A stretch of DNA of 64,000 nt, from positions 62,001 to 126,000 of the forward strand of contig JAQGDQ010000181.1 in the NCBI GenBank assembly GCA_030141605.1, given 5' to 3'. The first letter of the stretch is position 1. Each line of letters begins with the position of its first letter. Positions 1-12,356 of this stretch are shown here, one piece after another. Both the position numbers and the translations under genes were made by a program. A model generated the notes under the pieces. The model was not told the DNA's origin, searched no databases, and was given only the letters and a program-made list of their open reading frames with translations. Origin of the DNA: Tubiluchus corallicola (taxonomy: Eukaryota; Animalia; Priapulida).

Positions 1-740
1 ACAACAACTATAAATGACAGCCATATGTACAATCACTAAATAGTAAGAAGTAAAATAAATCGATATAAAGATCATACTTAAAATCTAAGCAAAACTAACA
101 CTATGTACATGAGCAACTGTGATGAAAAAAATTTTCCTCCAAGAGACAGCATAAGCTAACATAAACATCTAAACAGTAAACAGATAAATGTTTACGACCA
201 TAACTAATGAGATCTGAACAACAAAACAACAGCGATGTTTGCTAGACATGATGAACGATGTATATTACGAGACTCAAAATTGATGATGAAACAGATCTTA
301 ACATTTCTTATAAAATGTGACCAGAAGATCAGTCATATCCGCTACAGGTCAAAATTTTCATGTTAAACCTCCATATAGGTCAACTTACCCAAGACGATAA
401 AGGACTGCGCCATTTTGCAGTTTAAATAAGATCATATTATCATTAACTAATTTTTAAAATTAAGAAAACTACCAATGTACAAAAATAATATTTAAGAAAA
501 TCTCGTAGTAACCCATTTGATTTGATTAGCTTGCACAAAATGCATGCACTGTAATTTACAGGGCTTAATAGCAAAAACGAAAAAGATGACCATATATGTA
601 GGACACAAACTTGTTTTACAAGCAACACAACTAGCTCTAACATCACCTGCACAATGATATGGTATAAATGTTTTAGTTGCCATGGCAACAAGTAAAATCT
701 CTTAAGGTTAACAAAATAAGTCACAAAAGGCACGCGAGTG
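1..740 (-). other. 3' UTR of CUX isoform (and probable intron of the CASP isoform); continues beyond window
   Basis: Directly follows the stop codon. U-rich on the minus strand; I found no clear AATAAA here. Confidence 0.7.
676..689. promoter_or_regulatory. Perfect palindromic RFX X-box motif
   Basis: GTTGCCATGGCAAC matches the RFX consensus. Function not shown. Confidence 0.4.
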
Positions 741-2038
741 CTAAAACTCCCACTCCTCATCAACATCGCCCTCTATATTTTGTTTGAGTTTTTGTATATT
801 GTGCTCCTGTTCTTGCTTCTTGGTGACAGGATCATCCCAGTCTTCATGCTGTTCCTCCAGAGAGCGTTGCAATCTCTCGATGTTTGCCAGCCGACTGTCA
901 GGCTCGATTTGTATCGACTGGCTACAAGCGGATACTGAGCGATTCTCAGAATTCTCAACAGATGGCACTGGCGAAGATTTACCTTCAACCCGTTCGGTAA
1001 TAGAGCGGTTGAGCCGTTCAATGTGCTGCAGATGTTCATTTTCAATACTAACCCCGCCCCCTTTGTGCATTGTCATTTGTGACCACAGTTCATCAGAACC
1101 TTTCTTTGGCGACCAGCCAGCACTGGTGTCATTCATGCTGTCACCATTTGCAAACAGAGATTGTGTCTGTACGACACAGACTCCATTAATCAGATTACTG
1201 GTTCTGTTGTCTTCGTCAGCATCCCAACCATTTTCCATGACAGATGACGGTGGCGATTTGTGCATCGAGTTAAAATGTGCATCGCTTTCTTGTACACCTT
1301 TTCTTGAAAGCTCTTCGGTTTTGACATAATCTTGCTCAATAGCACGGAGCTCGGAATCTTTGTCCTGCTTGTCCTCCACAAATGTAGGAGAACCATTGCA
1401 GTGAGCATGACCATCTACGTTTGGCGATAAAACTCTTTCACTACATATACTTGAAGAAGGTTGTATCCACTTTGGCGTATGTTTCTTTCGTTTATTAACA
1501 GTCTTTGTCTCAGGTGGTGGTGCACTGGCTCCTAATCCACCATTACTTTCACTAGTTGGTGTAACAGACTCGGGTTTTCCTTTGCCATCATTTTCTTCCT
1601 TTGACTGCTTCACATCGATGCGTTCAAAAGACGGAAACAACCACTGATTCGAATCCCCACCTGCCTGAGATTCACTTCCACTCAGCGAATAATCAACCGG
1701 GTAATCTCCACTAGAAAGATTGGAAAGTTCGTCTGAGCTGTCAGCATGCGATCTCAAACCATCAGCATTTGCAGGTCGCAGAGGGAACTGCTGTTTTAGT
1801 CTCATGCGATGATTATGAAACCAGTTCACCACTGTACGTGTGCTTAATCCTAATTGCTGCCCCAAGGCCTCGATTGACTGAGTGTTTGGATAAGGATCTT
1901 GGGCGTATGCTGCCTTCAGCGACTCCTTCTGTTCATCGGTAAACAAGATGCGCGACTTCTTTGTTGGCATGGACAAATCAGCAATATCTGATAAAGTTGG
2001 AGTTTCAAAATCATACAGGGATTTTCTCTTCTTGTGAC
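741..2038 (-). CDS. CUX1: CUX terminal coding exon: CUT-class homeodomain and C-terminal region
   Basis: Acceptor ttctatcag|GT (phase 1). Encodes KKSRILFTDEQKESL...WFHNHRMRLKQQ (His50) and ends EEWEF*, with TAG at 741-743. Confidence 0.97.
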
Positions 2039-2258
2039 CTGATAGAAAAATTGAAATTGTCAGCTAATGCCTTCAATATTATATACAAAAAGGAAAACTT
2101 TGTGTAAATTGTGAACAAATGTCACAAATAATAAACAGCAGAGTGTACAGACAGTTTCTAAGTGCCTGCCAAATACCGAAAAAAATAACATGAAAAAGTA
2201 CAACAGAAAAATATTTTGGTAGCTAAGAAATGTAAAAATATAAACAATGTTTTTATAC

Positions 2259-2403
2259 CTCTTTGGTGAGTTTTAAATGACATCATCTTTTCCACGCCTG
2301 AAGGATCTTCCAGCCACATGTGCATGCGTATAAAAGGCTCTCGTCCCTTTAAACTGAGCATATGCCATGGCTTGGGTTTACTAAGTAGTTCACTTACAGA
2401 ACC
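2259..2403 (-). CDS. CUX1: CUX exon: second half of CUT repeat 3
   Basis: tgtttag|GGT...AGAG|gtataa; [31 protein letters not shown]. Confidence 0.96.
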
Positions 2404-2984
2404 CTAAACAGAAAGCTTCAATTTAAATTTCAGCAGTGAGAGAATTTACAAAGACGGTGACTAAATCTGTCCAAAAAACAGGGTACAAAACTAACGAAGT
2501 AAAAAAGGTAATAAAATACAGAAAAAATAGTAACGTTATGAAAAAAAAGAAATTGGGCAGTCCAGAGATTAATAGGTTTCCGCAGTATCTAATTTGGAAT
2601 GTATTTGGATGGGTGATTGCAGAAAATTGATGTACCGGCAACAAGATGCCAATAATGTGTCATCATCATTTGATAGCAACATCAACTTTTGGAAAGCATT
2701 AGGACTAGACTGCATATCAACTCGCGAAATAATAGACTATGTACACGCGTCTGACAAAACATGGTCAATAAGCACAGAAAAAGAGCAGAGTTTTATTATT
2801 TCAAGTCACTTGATCAAAAAGCTTGTATACAACACACACAACAAGTGTAACTGTTACACTAGTTTAACAGAATTTTTGTTATTTGTAATAGAAAAATTAA
2901 ATTATTGTTGTAAAAAATTGTCATTAATGAACATGTGTGCATTGCAAGTCAGAAAAATCACTAATATCATAAAAATATCCTTAC

Positions 2985-3271
2985 CTGAGACAGACCAAGC
3001 ACAGCTTCCCCAAACAGTTTCTGACCAATGTTATTCGAAACTAAGACATCTTTCACTCGGCCGGTAATCGCTAGAGTATCGAGATCAGTCGTCAATGCAG
3101 CCATTTCAAACACAGACGACTGTGAAGTGTTACTCGAGGACGTCACTACCGCCGGCTCGCTAGTTGGCGGGGGTGGCAGTACTGCCCTGGGAGGTGATGG
3201 TGGCATATGATTTTCCACAATATGATTCTGTGCAGACGAAACTGGTGGAGACAAAGCTGGCGGTTGAGGTT
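2985..3271 (-). CDS. CUX1: CUX exon: Pro/Ser linker and first half of CUT repeat 3
   Basis: ttttgtag|AA...CAG|gtaagg; DLDTLAITGRVKDVLVSNNIGQKLFGEAVLGLSQ. Confidence 0.96.
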
Positions 3272-3492
3272 CTACAAAATAGAATAAAACTTTACACATT
3301 TCCTGACAATTTTTGTAAACATATTTTGCTTAGAAACTAATGAGAATTATACAGATGTACATTCACAAACCTTGCAAAAAATTAAAAGAATGATTTACAC
3401 AATATGTTCGTTCTTTAGTCTCCCACATTCTACAGATATCTGACGGAATGTTTTCAAGCAAAATTGATAATTAAAATGTGAAATGCTCTCAC

Positions 3493-4411
3493 CTTTCTTT
3501 ATTTTTGGCATCTTAACAGGTGGAAATGGCGATGAATTCATTTGACTAGTCCTCATAAATTTATCAGGTTGGATCTTATACTGACTTGATAACAATCTTG
3601 GAATGCTGTCTGCTTCTTCAAGAAACATCTGCATGCGAATAAATGGCTCACGTCCTTTCTGTGTCAACATGTGCCAAGGCTTCGGTCTAGCTAAGAGGTC
3701 ACTCACAGAACCCTGTGATAAGCCAAGAACAGTTTCCCCAAACAACCGTTGACTAATCGAAAACTGACTTAATTGCTCCTTTATATGTTTGACAATGACC
3801 TCTGTGTTCAGAACACTAAATTTATCAAACTGTTCCTGCGTAATTGGAGGCAAAACCGCCTTCAATGGACGATTAGGCGGCAGAGCCATCTGTTGCTGCA
3901 TCAACGAGTTAGCAATTGACTGCATGCGCTGCAATGGTGATATGTCCGATTGGCTGGTTTTTGGATCGCTGCTTCGTGGGCGAACCAATGAAAATGCACT
4001 ACCAGCATGGCGCAACGCACCATCATCCGACGTAACAGGAACCAACTCATTGCTCTTTGTACTCAGACTATCAGTGCTGTCAGCAGGTTCCTCTTTAACA
4101 CTCGCCGGCTGACACTGACTAGTATTGGTGCTATGATATACTTGTGCTGATGTATAAGCCTGCCCCAACTTGGCTAATTCTTCATGATAGATACGAGAGA
4201 CCATTTCTTGTGTCATGGACAGATCTTCGGCAGATGGCACGTGTCGGCGGCGGCCGTGCGAGGCATGGTGTTCGTGGTGCTGCTGTTGTGGTTGCTGCTG
4301 ATGATGATGATGGTGCTGTTGCTGATTATGCATGAGTTTTGCCAATTCTTGGTGATATATTGAGCTGACCATAGCTGAGTTCATACTGTTGAGCTCTTTA
4401 CTTTTCTGAAG
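3493..4411 (-). CDS. CUX1: CUX exon: polyQ/H tract and CUT repeat 2
   Basis: cattatag|CTT...AAAG|gtgaga; [60 protein letters not shown]. Confidence 0.96.
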
Positions 4412-5442
4412 CTATAATGAATAAAAATTTAAAAATTACTAGAAATTACTAAACAGTCTAGATGCTACAACTAGCACAAGCATAAAATCGGAACATAATT
4501 TGCAAGTTATGTGAGTATCCATTTCTGATCTTGATTTTGTTTAATTACACAAAGGCATAAAATACAAGACAAAATATCAAAAAGTGTAGTAATTAGTGAA
4601 AAAAATTAACATATTATAGATTCAAGGAAGAAGGATTTAATTTTCGCAGCATGTGTACGAGCTACGTTAAGCACACAAAAAACAGCTTTCTGGCAGTGTT
4701 ATATGCAAGGCTGAAATTTTTCTGAAGAGACCATCTAAGAATAACTGGAATTTATACCTATTCAACATAAATGAGCTACAGGAAAACGATTTAACAAAAT
4801 CAAGATCCTTTTATACATATTATGCATTCTATTTTTGCAAAAAATAATTGTTTTGAAGAATTATAATCAAATAAGATTGATATTGCTGGTTATTGGATTT
4901 AATAAAGAAATGAAAAATGTAAATCAAACGACACAACATTTTATTACAAAGCAAAAGTGACCACATCATCCACTTGCCCGCCAACACAATATGGGCAATC
5001 TTCACAATTGTTATCAACACCTGATGATGATTCCAGTTACTGGAGTCGAAACATTATGTTTCTAAATATAAATTTCGCATCTCGTGTCATTTATACGAAT
5101 TATTGTAAAACTCTGATGCTCTATCCACACATCCTTTCTCATTTAAAAATTAGAAGTAGTTTTGCCCCACGACAGGTCTTAAAAAAGGCAAGGTTTTAGC
5201 AGGTGGAAGATGTTCTCGGAAGAAACGAAAAAATAATTACTTTACAGGAAATGAACACTAGCGAGGCATCACGGAGAATGAAAATAAGCATTTAAATGCA
5301 CAATTAAAATATCATAACGCAATGAATGAAGTCGTCTTAGCACTTTTGCAAAAAAGTATTAAGGAAAAAAATTAGTAAAAAAGATGACACAAAACAAGGA
5401 ACAAACAGCTAAAGGGGAATACTATCTTACGTGAGTTCTGAC

Positions 5443-5537
5443 CTGCATCTGCTGTTGAGCTTCATTCAATATCTGAGCAATTCTTTCCTCCGTCTGAGAA
5501 TCCGAATGCTGACTATTTGGTGGACTCATCTCTTTTG
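5443..5537 (-). CDS. CUX1: CUX short exon (not in ORF track), AKEMSPPNSQHSDSQTEERIAQILNEAQQQMQ; alternative donor at 5431
   Basis: tatttcag|CA (phase 1) ... CAG|gtcaga or CAC|gtaaga (both phase 0). It bridges the phases of the neighbouring exons exactly. Confidence 0.88.
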
Positions 5538-5887
5538 CTGAAATATTAAAAAATAACCGTCTTACAGGCACATGCTCTAAAAAATAATTTCTTGGCATTT
5601 TGTACAGAATGGTCAGTTCCGAAACAGAAATGAAGTTACGTTGATCCTACGACAGATAATAAAAACTATTGTGACTGTCTTATCTATTAATTAATACGCC
5701 TGCCTAATTACTACATAGATACTAATTGAACACTTTGTCTTTCACGTTTGGTATTTTCTCTTCTTAGCTAGAGGACTTTTGCATCAGCTTTACTGTCAAA
5801 AAGCGGTAAAATAAATATGTTTAAACTAAACAATAAAAACCCTGTTTTCGCTGGTTTCTAAATATAAGTACATGCTTATTTATGAGG

Positions 5888-5942
5888 TGTGTGTGTGTGT
5901 GTGCATGAGTGCATGTGTGTGTGCTTGTACGTGTGTGCATGT
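5888..5942. repeat. Imperfect (TG)n microsatellite
   Basis: gtgtgtgt... run with interruptions. Confidence 0.85.
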
Positions 5943-6355
5943 ATAGAAATAAAACTAATATCTTATATTAGTACTCAATAATGAACAAGTATTTGTTTAC
6001 TCACAAGATTTACTAAATTAGTAACACACACTAAATCAGAAAATAAACTCAGAAAATTCATTCCAAATATTAGTATGCCAATGGATTTTAATGTGCAGTT
6101 TTAAATTTTTACAACTAAAATACTTGCAAGAGCAGATAGACTTTCAGATTATCAGTATTCATATTTGCGAAAAACAGTTTTAAAAACTGTTCTGAACTAT
6201 TATATTTACAATATTTTTACGTAGATATTTTATAAGTTATAATATGAGTGAACACTAGCCTTGGTGATTCACTCCTACAATAAATTGCTATTGAAATTAA
6301 AAATGAATGATTAATACACCTTACGGACAATAAGATATGTGAATAATGAAAATAC

Positions 6356-6901
6356 CTTTTCTAGGTGTTAAGGACTTGAGCAAATTAATATTTTCTTCAC
6401 TGCATGCCCAGGAATGCATTTTTCGGTACGATTCTCTTCCTTTCTCCGTAAGCTTGTCCCAGGACTTTGGTTTGGAGAGTAATTCACTGACCGTTCCCTG
6501 CGAGAGACCTAACACCGTCTTCGCAAATAACCGCTGGCCAATGTTATGCACGCTTAAAAGTTCACGCACACGCTGTGCAACTTCTGACGTGTTTAAAACG
6601 TCCGAACTAACTACACTATCGAAATGCAACTGCACGTTCGTTGTCGATTTCGAATCAATTGAGGAGGAATTCGAGTTTTCTTTCGGCGAATGCTGTTCGT
6701 TGGCGGTCTTCATGGAATGGCAGCCGTTCGTAATAGCCGGCAACTTTGGCGAGTTCAGAGGTGACGCGTGATTAAAGCGCTGCTGAAACTGATAAGACGA
6801 CACGATCTCCTGTCCAAGCAGCGAACTAAACGAGTCGATATTCTGCAGGTGAGGGTGAGCAGCAGGAAATGGAACAGCCAGCGGTATCCGCTGCAGCGTC
6901 C
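6356..6901 (-). CDS. CUX1: CUX exon: first CUX-specific exon, CUT repeat 1
   Basis: ttcttgcag|GG...AAAG|gtattt; [60 protein letters not shown]. Confidence 0.95.
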
Positions 6902-7269
6902 CTGCAAGAAAGGTGTAAAACGCCACTTTTAGATCAGTGTTCCATCTAGTGACAACAAAATACAACATCTATCAAGCAAAAACGTATGTCGAAAGAAAAT
7001 GAGTTTGTACGTAACTTTTTGTACGTGATTTCTCGGACATGAATGAAAAAAGAAAATAATGTCGCAAAATAGATATAAAAAAAGCGTACATACACCTTTC
7101 TTACAGAAACAAAAACACAAAATACAGAAATGCAAACACTCGATAGGGCTAATATTAGCTACAAACTAGAGAAAGACTTGTCTAATATCAGACCATGTGT
7201 ACTATTGCTGTAGTAGGCCAAATAACTTTCAACTTTACGGCAAGTGCAAGAGGAAAAACAACCACTCAC

Positions 7270-7430
7270 CAAGTAGATCGGAATTGGCCAACTTAAGGTT
7301 CGTGTTCTCAGATTGAAGTGCTCTGTTCTTTTCCAACAGAAGGGTCTCCAAAGACTTTGTTTGACCACTTTCTCGAAGTGCAGCATGCTCACCAGACACT
7401 TGTCCGGGAAATTCTATTGACTTCATCACA
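7270..7430 (-). CDS. CUX1: CUX/CASP shared exon (last shared exon)
   Basis: ttttacag|T...CTTG|gtgagt; VMKSIEF...KSLETLLLEKNRALQSENTNLKLANSDLLG resembles CUX1 LKSMEF...LEVLLLEKNRSLQSEN. Confidence 0.95.
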
Positions 7431-9557
7431 CTGTAAAATACCAATCGCTCGTAAATTATGTTCATTTTTCTAACTGAATTTTCACGTTCAAATTTTCTTA
7501 TCATCACTGAAATATGATTTTCTGAAAATCAGAAAGCAACGTACAGCCATCAATACGATGCTTATTATAAATTTTTTGACATTCCAGTAGTGTTAGACTA
7601 CTAAACAGCAAACATTCCAGCAATCCAAATATTCAATTTCGCTCATTTGCCTACTGTTAATTTTACCTTTCATAATAATACTTTATTCAATAAAATTGCA
7701 GCAAAGCTGGATTAGTACAAGAATTAAAATGACATTGATAAAAATTACTTTTAATACTATTTAATATTTCTAAACCAAATTATAACAGTTTGAAAATTAC
7801 ATAAATGATAAAAGAAAATTGAAAAAGCAAAAAACTGGACAGGATCATCATTCTACAAGTTTATCTTCTACTCTCACACGGAATTTTAATTGCCGTACTA
7901 TTCACTGATACATGAAAAACTATTCAAAAGTAACATGGCCATGTCTTCATGTTTTCCAGGTGAAATATTTTACGGATAACTTTAGATTACACAGTTCACA
8001 GCCTCTAAAACAAACTCTATAGGATTTTCTCTTGTGATAACACGATTTTGACAAAAACTTTGCGCAACACTGAAATCCATTTTAAATTGATAATTTCCTC
8101 AGTGTGGCATGATCTGTTTTACTAACATAGTGATTGTAAACATTATTTCTATTAGTTTTTAATTTTCTGGTAAGGTTTATAGTACAACTGTAACTTACAT
8201 ATTACAACATTAAAGCTTAAAACACAAGAAAACCCTTAAAACTTGTATAAAACTAAAAAAATTGTCTTGAAATTTTGTATCACATACACATTGTCTTATT
8301 GTGCACAGAGCTTGTATTACAGTAACGCTATAAAAAACTTGAAAATTTAAACTCCAACGATGACAGTCAGGCACAGCGATTTTGATGGGAAGTCATATGA
8401 AACGCATTTCGACAAAGCTGTATAAAGCTTGAAAAAATAATCAGAGCATTCGTAGTGCACTCTTCACTAACTAAGCAAAAGTATAAATAATTGCATCTTG
8501 CCAATTAGATTAAAAGTACGTTTTTGGCGAGTGTGCAGTTTTACCAAGTGGCCAGAAACTTTTCAAATTACCAAGAATTTTCTTTTCTAGTTACATAAAT
8601 CTTTATAACAGGTTGGTGAATGCAAAATAATATAAGTTTGTGTGGAAAAAATTTTTGACGTTCTTAAAAATTACCTTTTACTCCCCCTCAAATAAAAATA
8701 AATAAATAAAATGTTATGCAAATACTTGTATCATGGATTTCTAACAAAAATGATGAAATATGATTTTAAAACTTGGAAAACGGCATTTCTCTACACTTGG
8801 GAAGAAAGAAATTGTTATTAAACTTGTAATCATTTCTGAAATTTTTTGTTAATAAAGCAGTAAATTGATTTATGGTCATATTTACACGACAACGAAACAC
8901 CAAACATCGTTGAACTTGTCAACTCAAAACTCATATCCTTGCTAACTGGTGATAAGCTACAGAATTAAACATAATTTACAAAAAAATTATCCCCAATATC
9001 CATGCACATTAATATCACATCTGAAAGACTAGGATCTATTAACTCATAAACGTCAGTTTAGGGCTAACAAACTCCAAAACACGGGATCCAGAAGCTCTCC
9101 GCTCTTTCAGAGAGGGTTAAAATCTACTGATTGCATTCTGGTCAGTCCATCGAGACTTAATTTTCTTCAATTCATTCTAAAGTTGTAAGTCGGCATTAAT
9201 ATGAAAATGATGCGAAGCAAAACCGCACGCGTTCTCACTGTAAAATGACGGGGGAACAACGGCCACGCCAGCCAATGGGTGATTAATTGCAACTCATGTA
9301 TGCTCCTTTGTTAAGCTAATTAATTACATTGCTCAGAACCATCGTCGATTAAAATCACAGATTAACGTAAGGTATAAGAGAAATTAATCACCACAGAAAA
9401 CCTCGTGTAATTCAATGCATAATATTAAAATGAATCTCAAGCTAGCGTTGTGGTTAAAGCATTTTCCACCATGAAGTCAAACAACAGTTTCTGTTATGTA
9501 TAATTGCAAATCATTATAAATAAACAGTAGCTTTTAACACATTAAAACGTTCCTTAT

Positions 9558-9790
9558 AGCGCGTTTACACCAGTGAGTTTCTCTCTGAAATTAAATTTGC
9601 AAGTGTGAATGGCTTTGCGTGTTCTGTTAACAAGTTTCTGCCAAATTCTCCGAAACTTCCTGCAAGTTTATCCTACAGTAAGCGTAAGTTGACCTCAGCA
9701 AAACTCGCAGCAGTTCTTGCAAAGCTGTTCACACTTGCAAGTTTACTCTGAGAGAGAACTCGCGAGAGAAAACTCAATAGTCTGAAGTAC
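9558..9790. mobile_element. MITE-like inverted-repeat element
   Basis: ~45-bp imperfect inverted arms at 9573-9618 and 9719-9763 (core TTGCAAGTGTGAA / TTCACACTTGCAA). Confidence 0.6.
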
Positions 9791-11597
9791 AGTTAAACTG
9801 TTTAATTTGACAATAAGAAAGCCTGATATCTGACAATACTGCATAAAATGATACAATGACCCACCCTTTTTTGTTGGATTCAATAACCAAATGTGTGTCA
9901 AAGAGCTCTCAAAAAGACAGAATAGGACAAAATCGTTTTTCATATTTGGAATAGATTAGATTGTAGTTTGACATAAATTGACTGATTCCTCAAGATAGAT
10001 GGTTACTATATAACGGGTATTTTAAGCCATATTTTCATTAACAAAATTGCATCATCTCCATTCATTCTAGAACAGCGATTTCTCACCAAAGAAAATATTG
10101 TAATTAAGCAGAAAAACCATGAAATGATGCATGCAGCCATTAAGGTATTCAGTTACAACATTCTAGCCAATATTTTACTAAATGCATGTTATAAGAAAAA
10201 TAACGAACATTTGTTAAGTCGCCTCAAATAGCAAATGATGAAGTCAAAATTTAATTGAACCGGCGCACGTGTAATCTGTTTACTTCCGTGTAGGATTGAC
10301 AAATTTTGAATTTTCCCAAGATATCAAACGCAAATAAAAAATGCCGCCATCAATTTGGCGTCGAAATTTTCTCATTAGCCACATTATTACGAGCCCAAAT
10401 CATTAACTGTGCATATTTATGGTATTTATCACGCCTTAAACGATATTTTATCATGAAAATGACAAATGTTGAAGATTTTACTGCCACGTGGGGAACGCTG
10501 GCTGTCTATTGGCTGATTGGTTGGAGGTGAGTTCGGGTTTTCGCGTCCCACGGGGGTGACTTTGCGAGAAATTTCTGATTAAAATTATCGCTAATCACCG
10601 CGTTGTTAACTAATACATCATAGCACAATGCTGTAGTAGACAATTGCCTTTAATATTGATTTAGCAGAGCATCGAGTGCAAAATACAGTCAAGAATAGTA
10701 ATGTTTGGTGAATTATCAACTGCTGATTAAATTTTGCTCCATTATCTAATGCAACGTGACAAAACAAAATTTTAATTGCAATTGATTAGAAATACAATGT
10801 TCAACAAAACAAACTGTTTTCTACCTTAAAGCAAAATTGGACCCAATCCTAAACTGAAGGTCAAAATAATCTACTATTTAAAATATTGAACGGAAACATA
10901 CTATTTTTTCAAAAATGATTTGCGCGAAAAGATTTATTACCACACAAACACAATTTCACATTCGCGCTACTAGTTCTTCGCTATTCATGCACTTCGCCAT
11001 TCGCTCGTTACATGAGCATTAGCGTTTGCATTTCTGAAACAAGTTGCACAAAAAACAGGTGTTGTATCTCTCAGTTCAGAGGTGTTCGTTTGTGGTATAC
11101 AACACGTTCGACAGCTCAAGCTTGAGCACAGCGGTAAATTTGAAATTTCAATTTTATCTCAAAACTTGCCAAGTTTTATTACAACACACTGAGTATCTTA
11201 CTATAGCACTGTACTTCAGTTTTCGCTTTAGCAAACATGTGCAACACGCTTGTGGAATATTTTTGCTTTTGAAAATTATGTTCGTTTGTGATGTCATCAA
11301 TAATCAATACTCGGCCTTGCCAGCCGGTAATTAAGATTTTAATCTGTTACATAACTATCAGAAATGCTTTTCCAGTATTATTGGTATTAAAATGTATACT
11401 TTTTGCAGTACTTGAAAATAGGCTAGTATGTTTTGTTTTCCTTTAAGCAATATTTAGAAAAAAACTTCTATATTTAGAATGAGGTAATATTGTGTCCTGC
11501 AAGTATGTGTACCAACTACAGCATTTTTTGCAAATATTTAACTTATATTCTGAAATTCAAAGAATAGTTTGCAGAAAATTCTATAGCAAATACTAAC

Positions 11598-11704
11598 TTG
11601 AGTTCATTCTTTATCTCTTCGTAGTCCTCCTGCCCTCTGAGCTTCTCCTCTACAGCTTCCAACATCCTGGTTTTGGATGATAGTTGTTCCTCCAAATTTG
11701 CTAT
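11598..11704 (-). CDS. CUX1: CUX/CASP coiled-coil exon (not in ORF track)
   Basis: atttcag|ATA...CTCAA|gttagt; IANLEEQLSSKTRMLEAVEEKLRGQEDYEEIKNEL. Confidence 0.93.
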
Positions 11705-12059
11705 CTGAAAATAAGAATTTTTTTAACAATTAAAAACGTATTTACGATGCAAGAATCGCCATTTTGTTTCCAACACGTGGAATTAATGCTTATTCAGTTT
11801 ACTTCTAAAGTATAATGGTCGTTCTTACAAGTTAGTTTTCAAGATGAAGAAAAATAGTTGAATGGTGAAGGTTCAATGATCGAATTTAAGCAATGCAGGG
11901 CCTGACAAGTAAGTGGATGGGTGGCCAACAGAAAAATGACTTCTGGATGCTTTCACCTCCCATACTGCCTTTGACTGTATACTCTGCTCAATTAAAAACC
12001 GAGGAATTTCTTTATTATTAGAAGAAACACGGAACGTGACAATAATGTGCTTTTCTCAC

Positions 12060-12134
12060 CTGGGATGAAGTAGTGTCTTTTAGCTTTGTAATGGTCCCTT
12101 GTAACCGTTGGACTTCCTCAACAAGTTGAGTAAT
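12060..12134 (-). CDS. CUX1: CUX/CASP coiled-coil exon (not in ORF track)
   Basis: ttgttag|ATT...CAG|gtgaga; ITQLVEEVQRLQGTITKLKDTTSSQ resembles CUX1 IAQLVEDVQRLQ. Confidence 0.93.
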
Positions 12135-12356
12135 CTAACAAAAATAATAAAAGTTGTAAGTTAGACATTATTCACCTCAAAACCAAACCTCTCTTCCCTC
12201 GGTGGTCTTTAGCTTCACTTGACTTATCTAATTAACGTATTTTTACTAAATTAGTCAAATGTGTCTGCAAGCTAGAACTCGCTGTCATAAAATTTACGGG
12301 TTTAGAACACAAGTCAATTTAGTAGTTTTGACAGCAAAAGTGGAAACTTTGGCTTA

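Noticed and set aside
784-6771. Plus-strand ORFs (784-1329, 3789-4112, 6346-6771)
   Set aside because: Antisense shadows of CUX exons with no recognisable protein.
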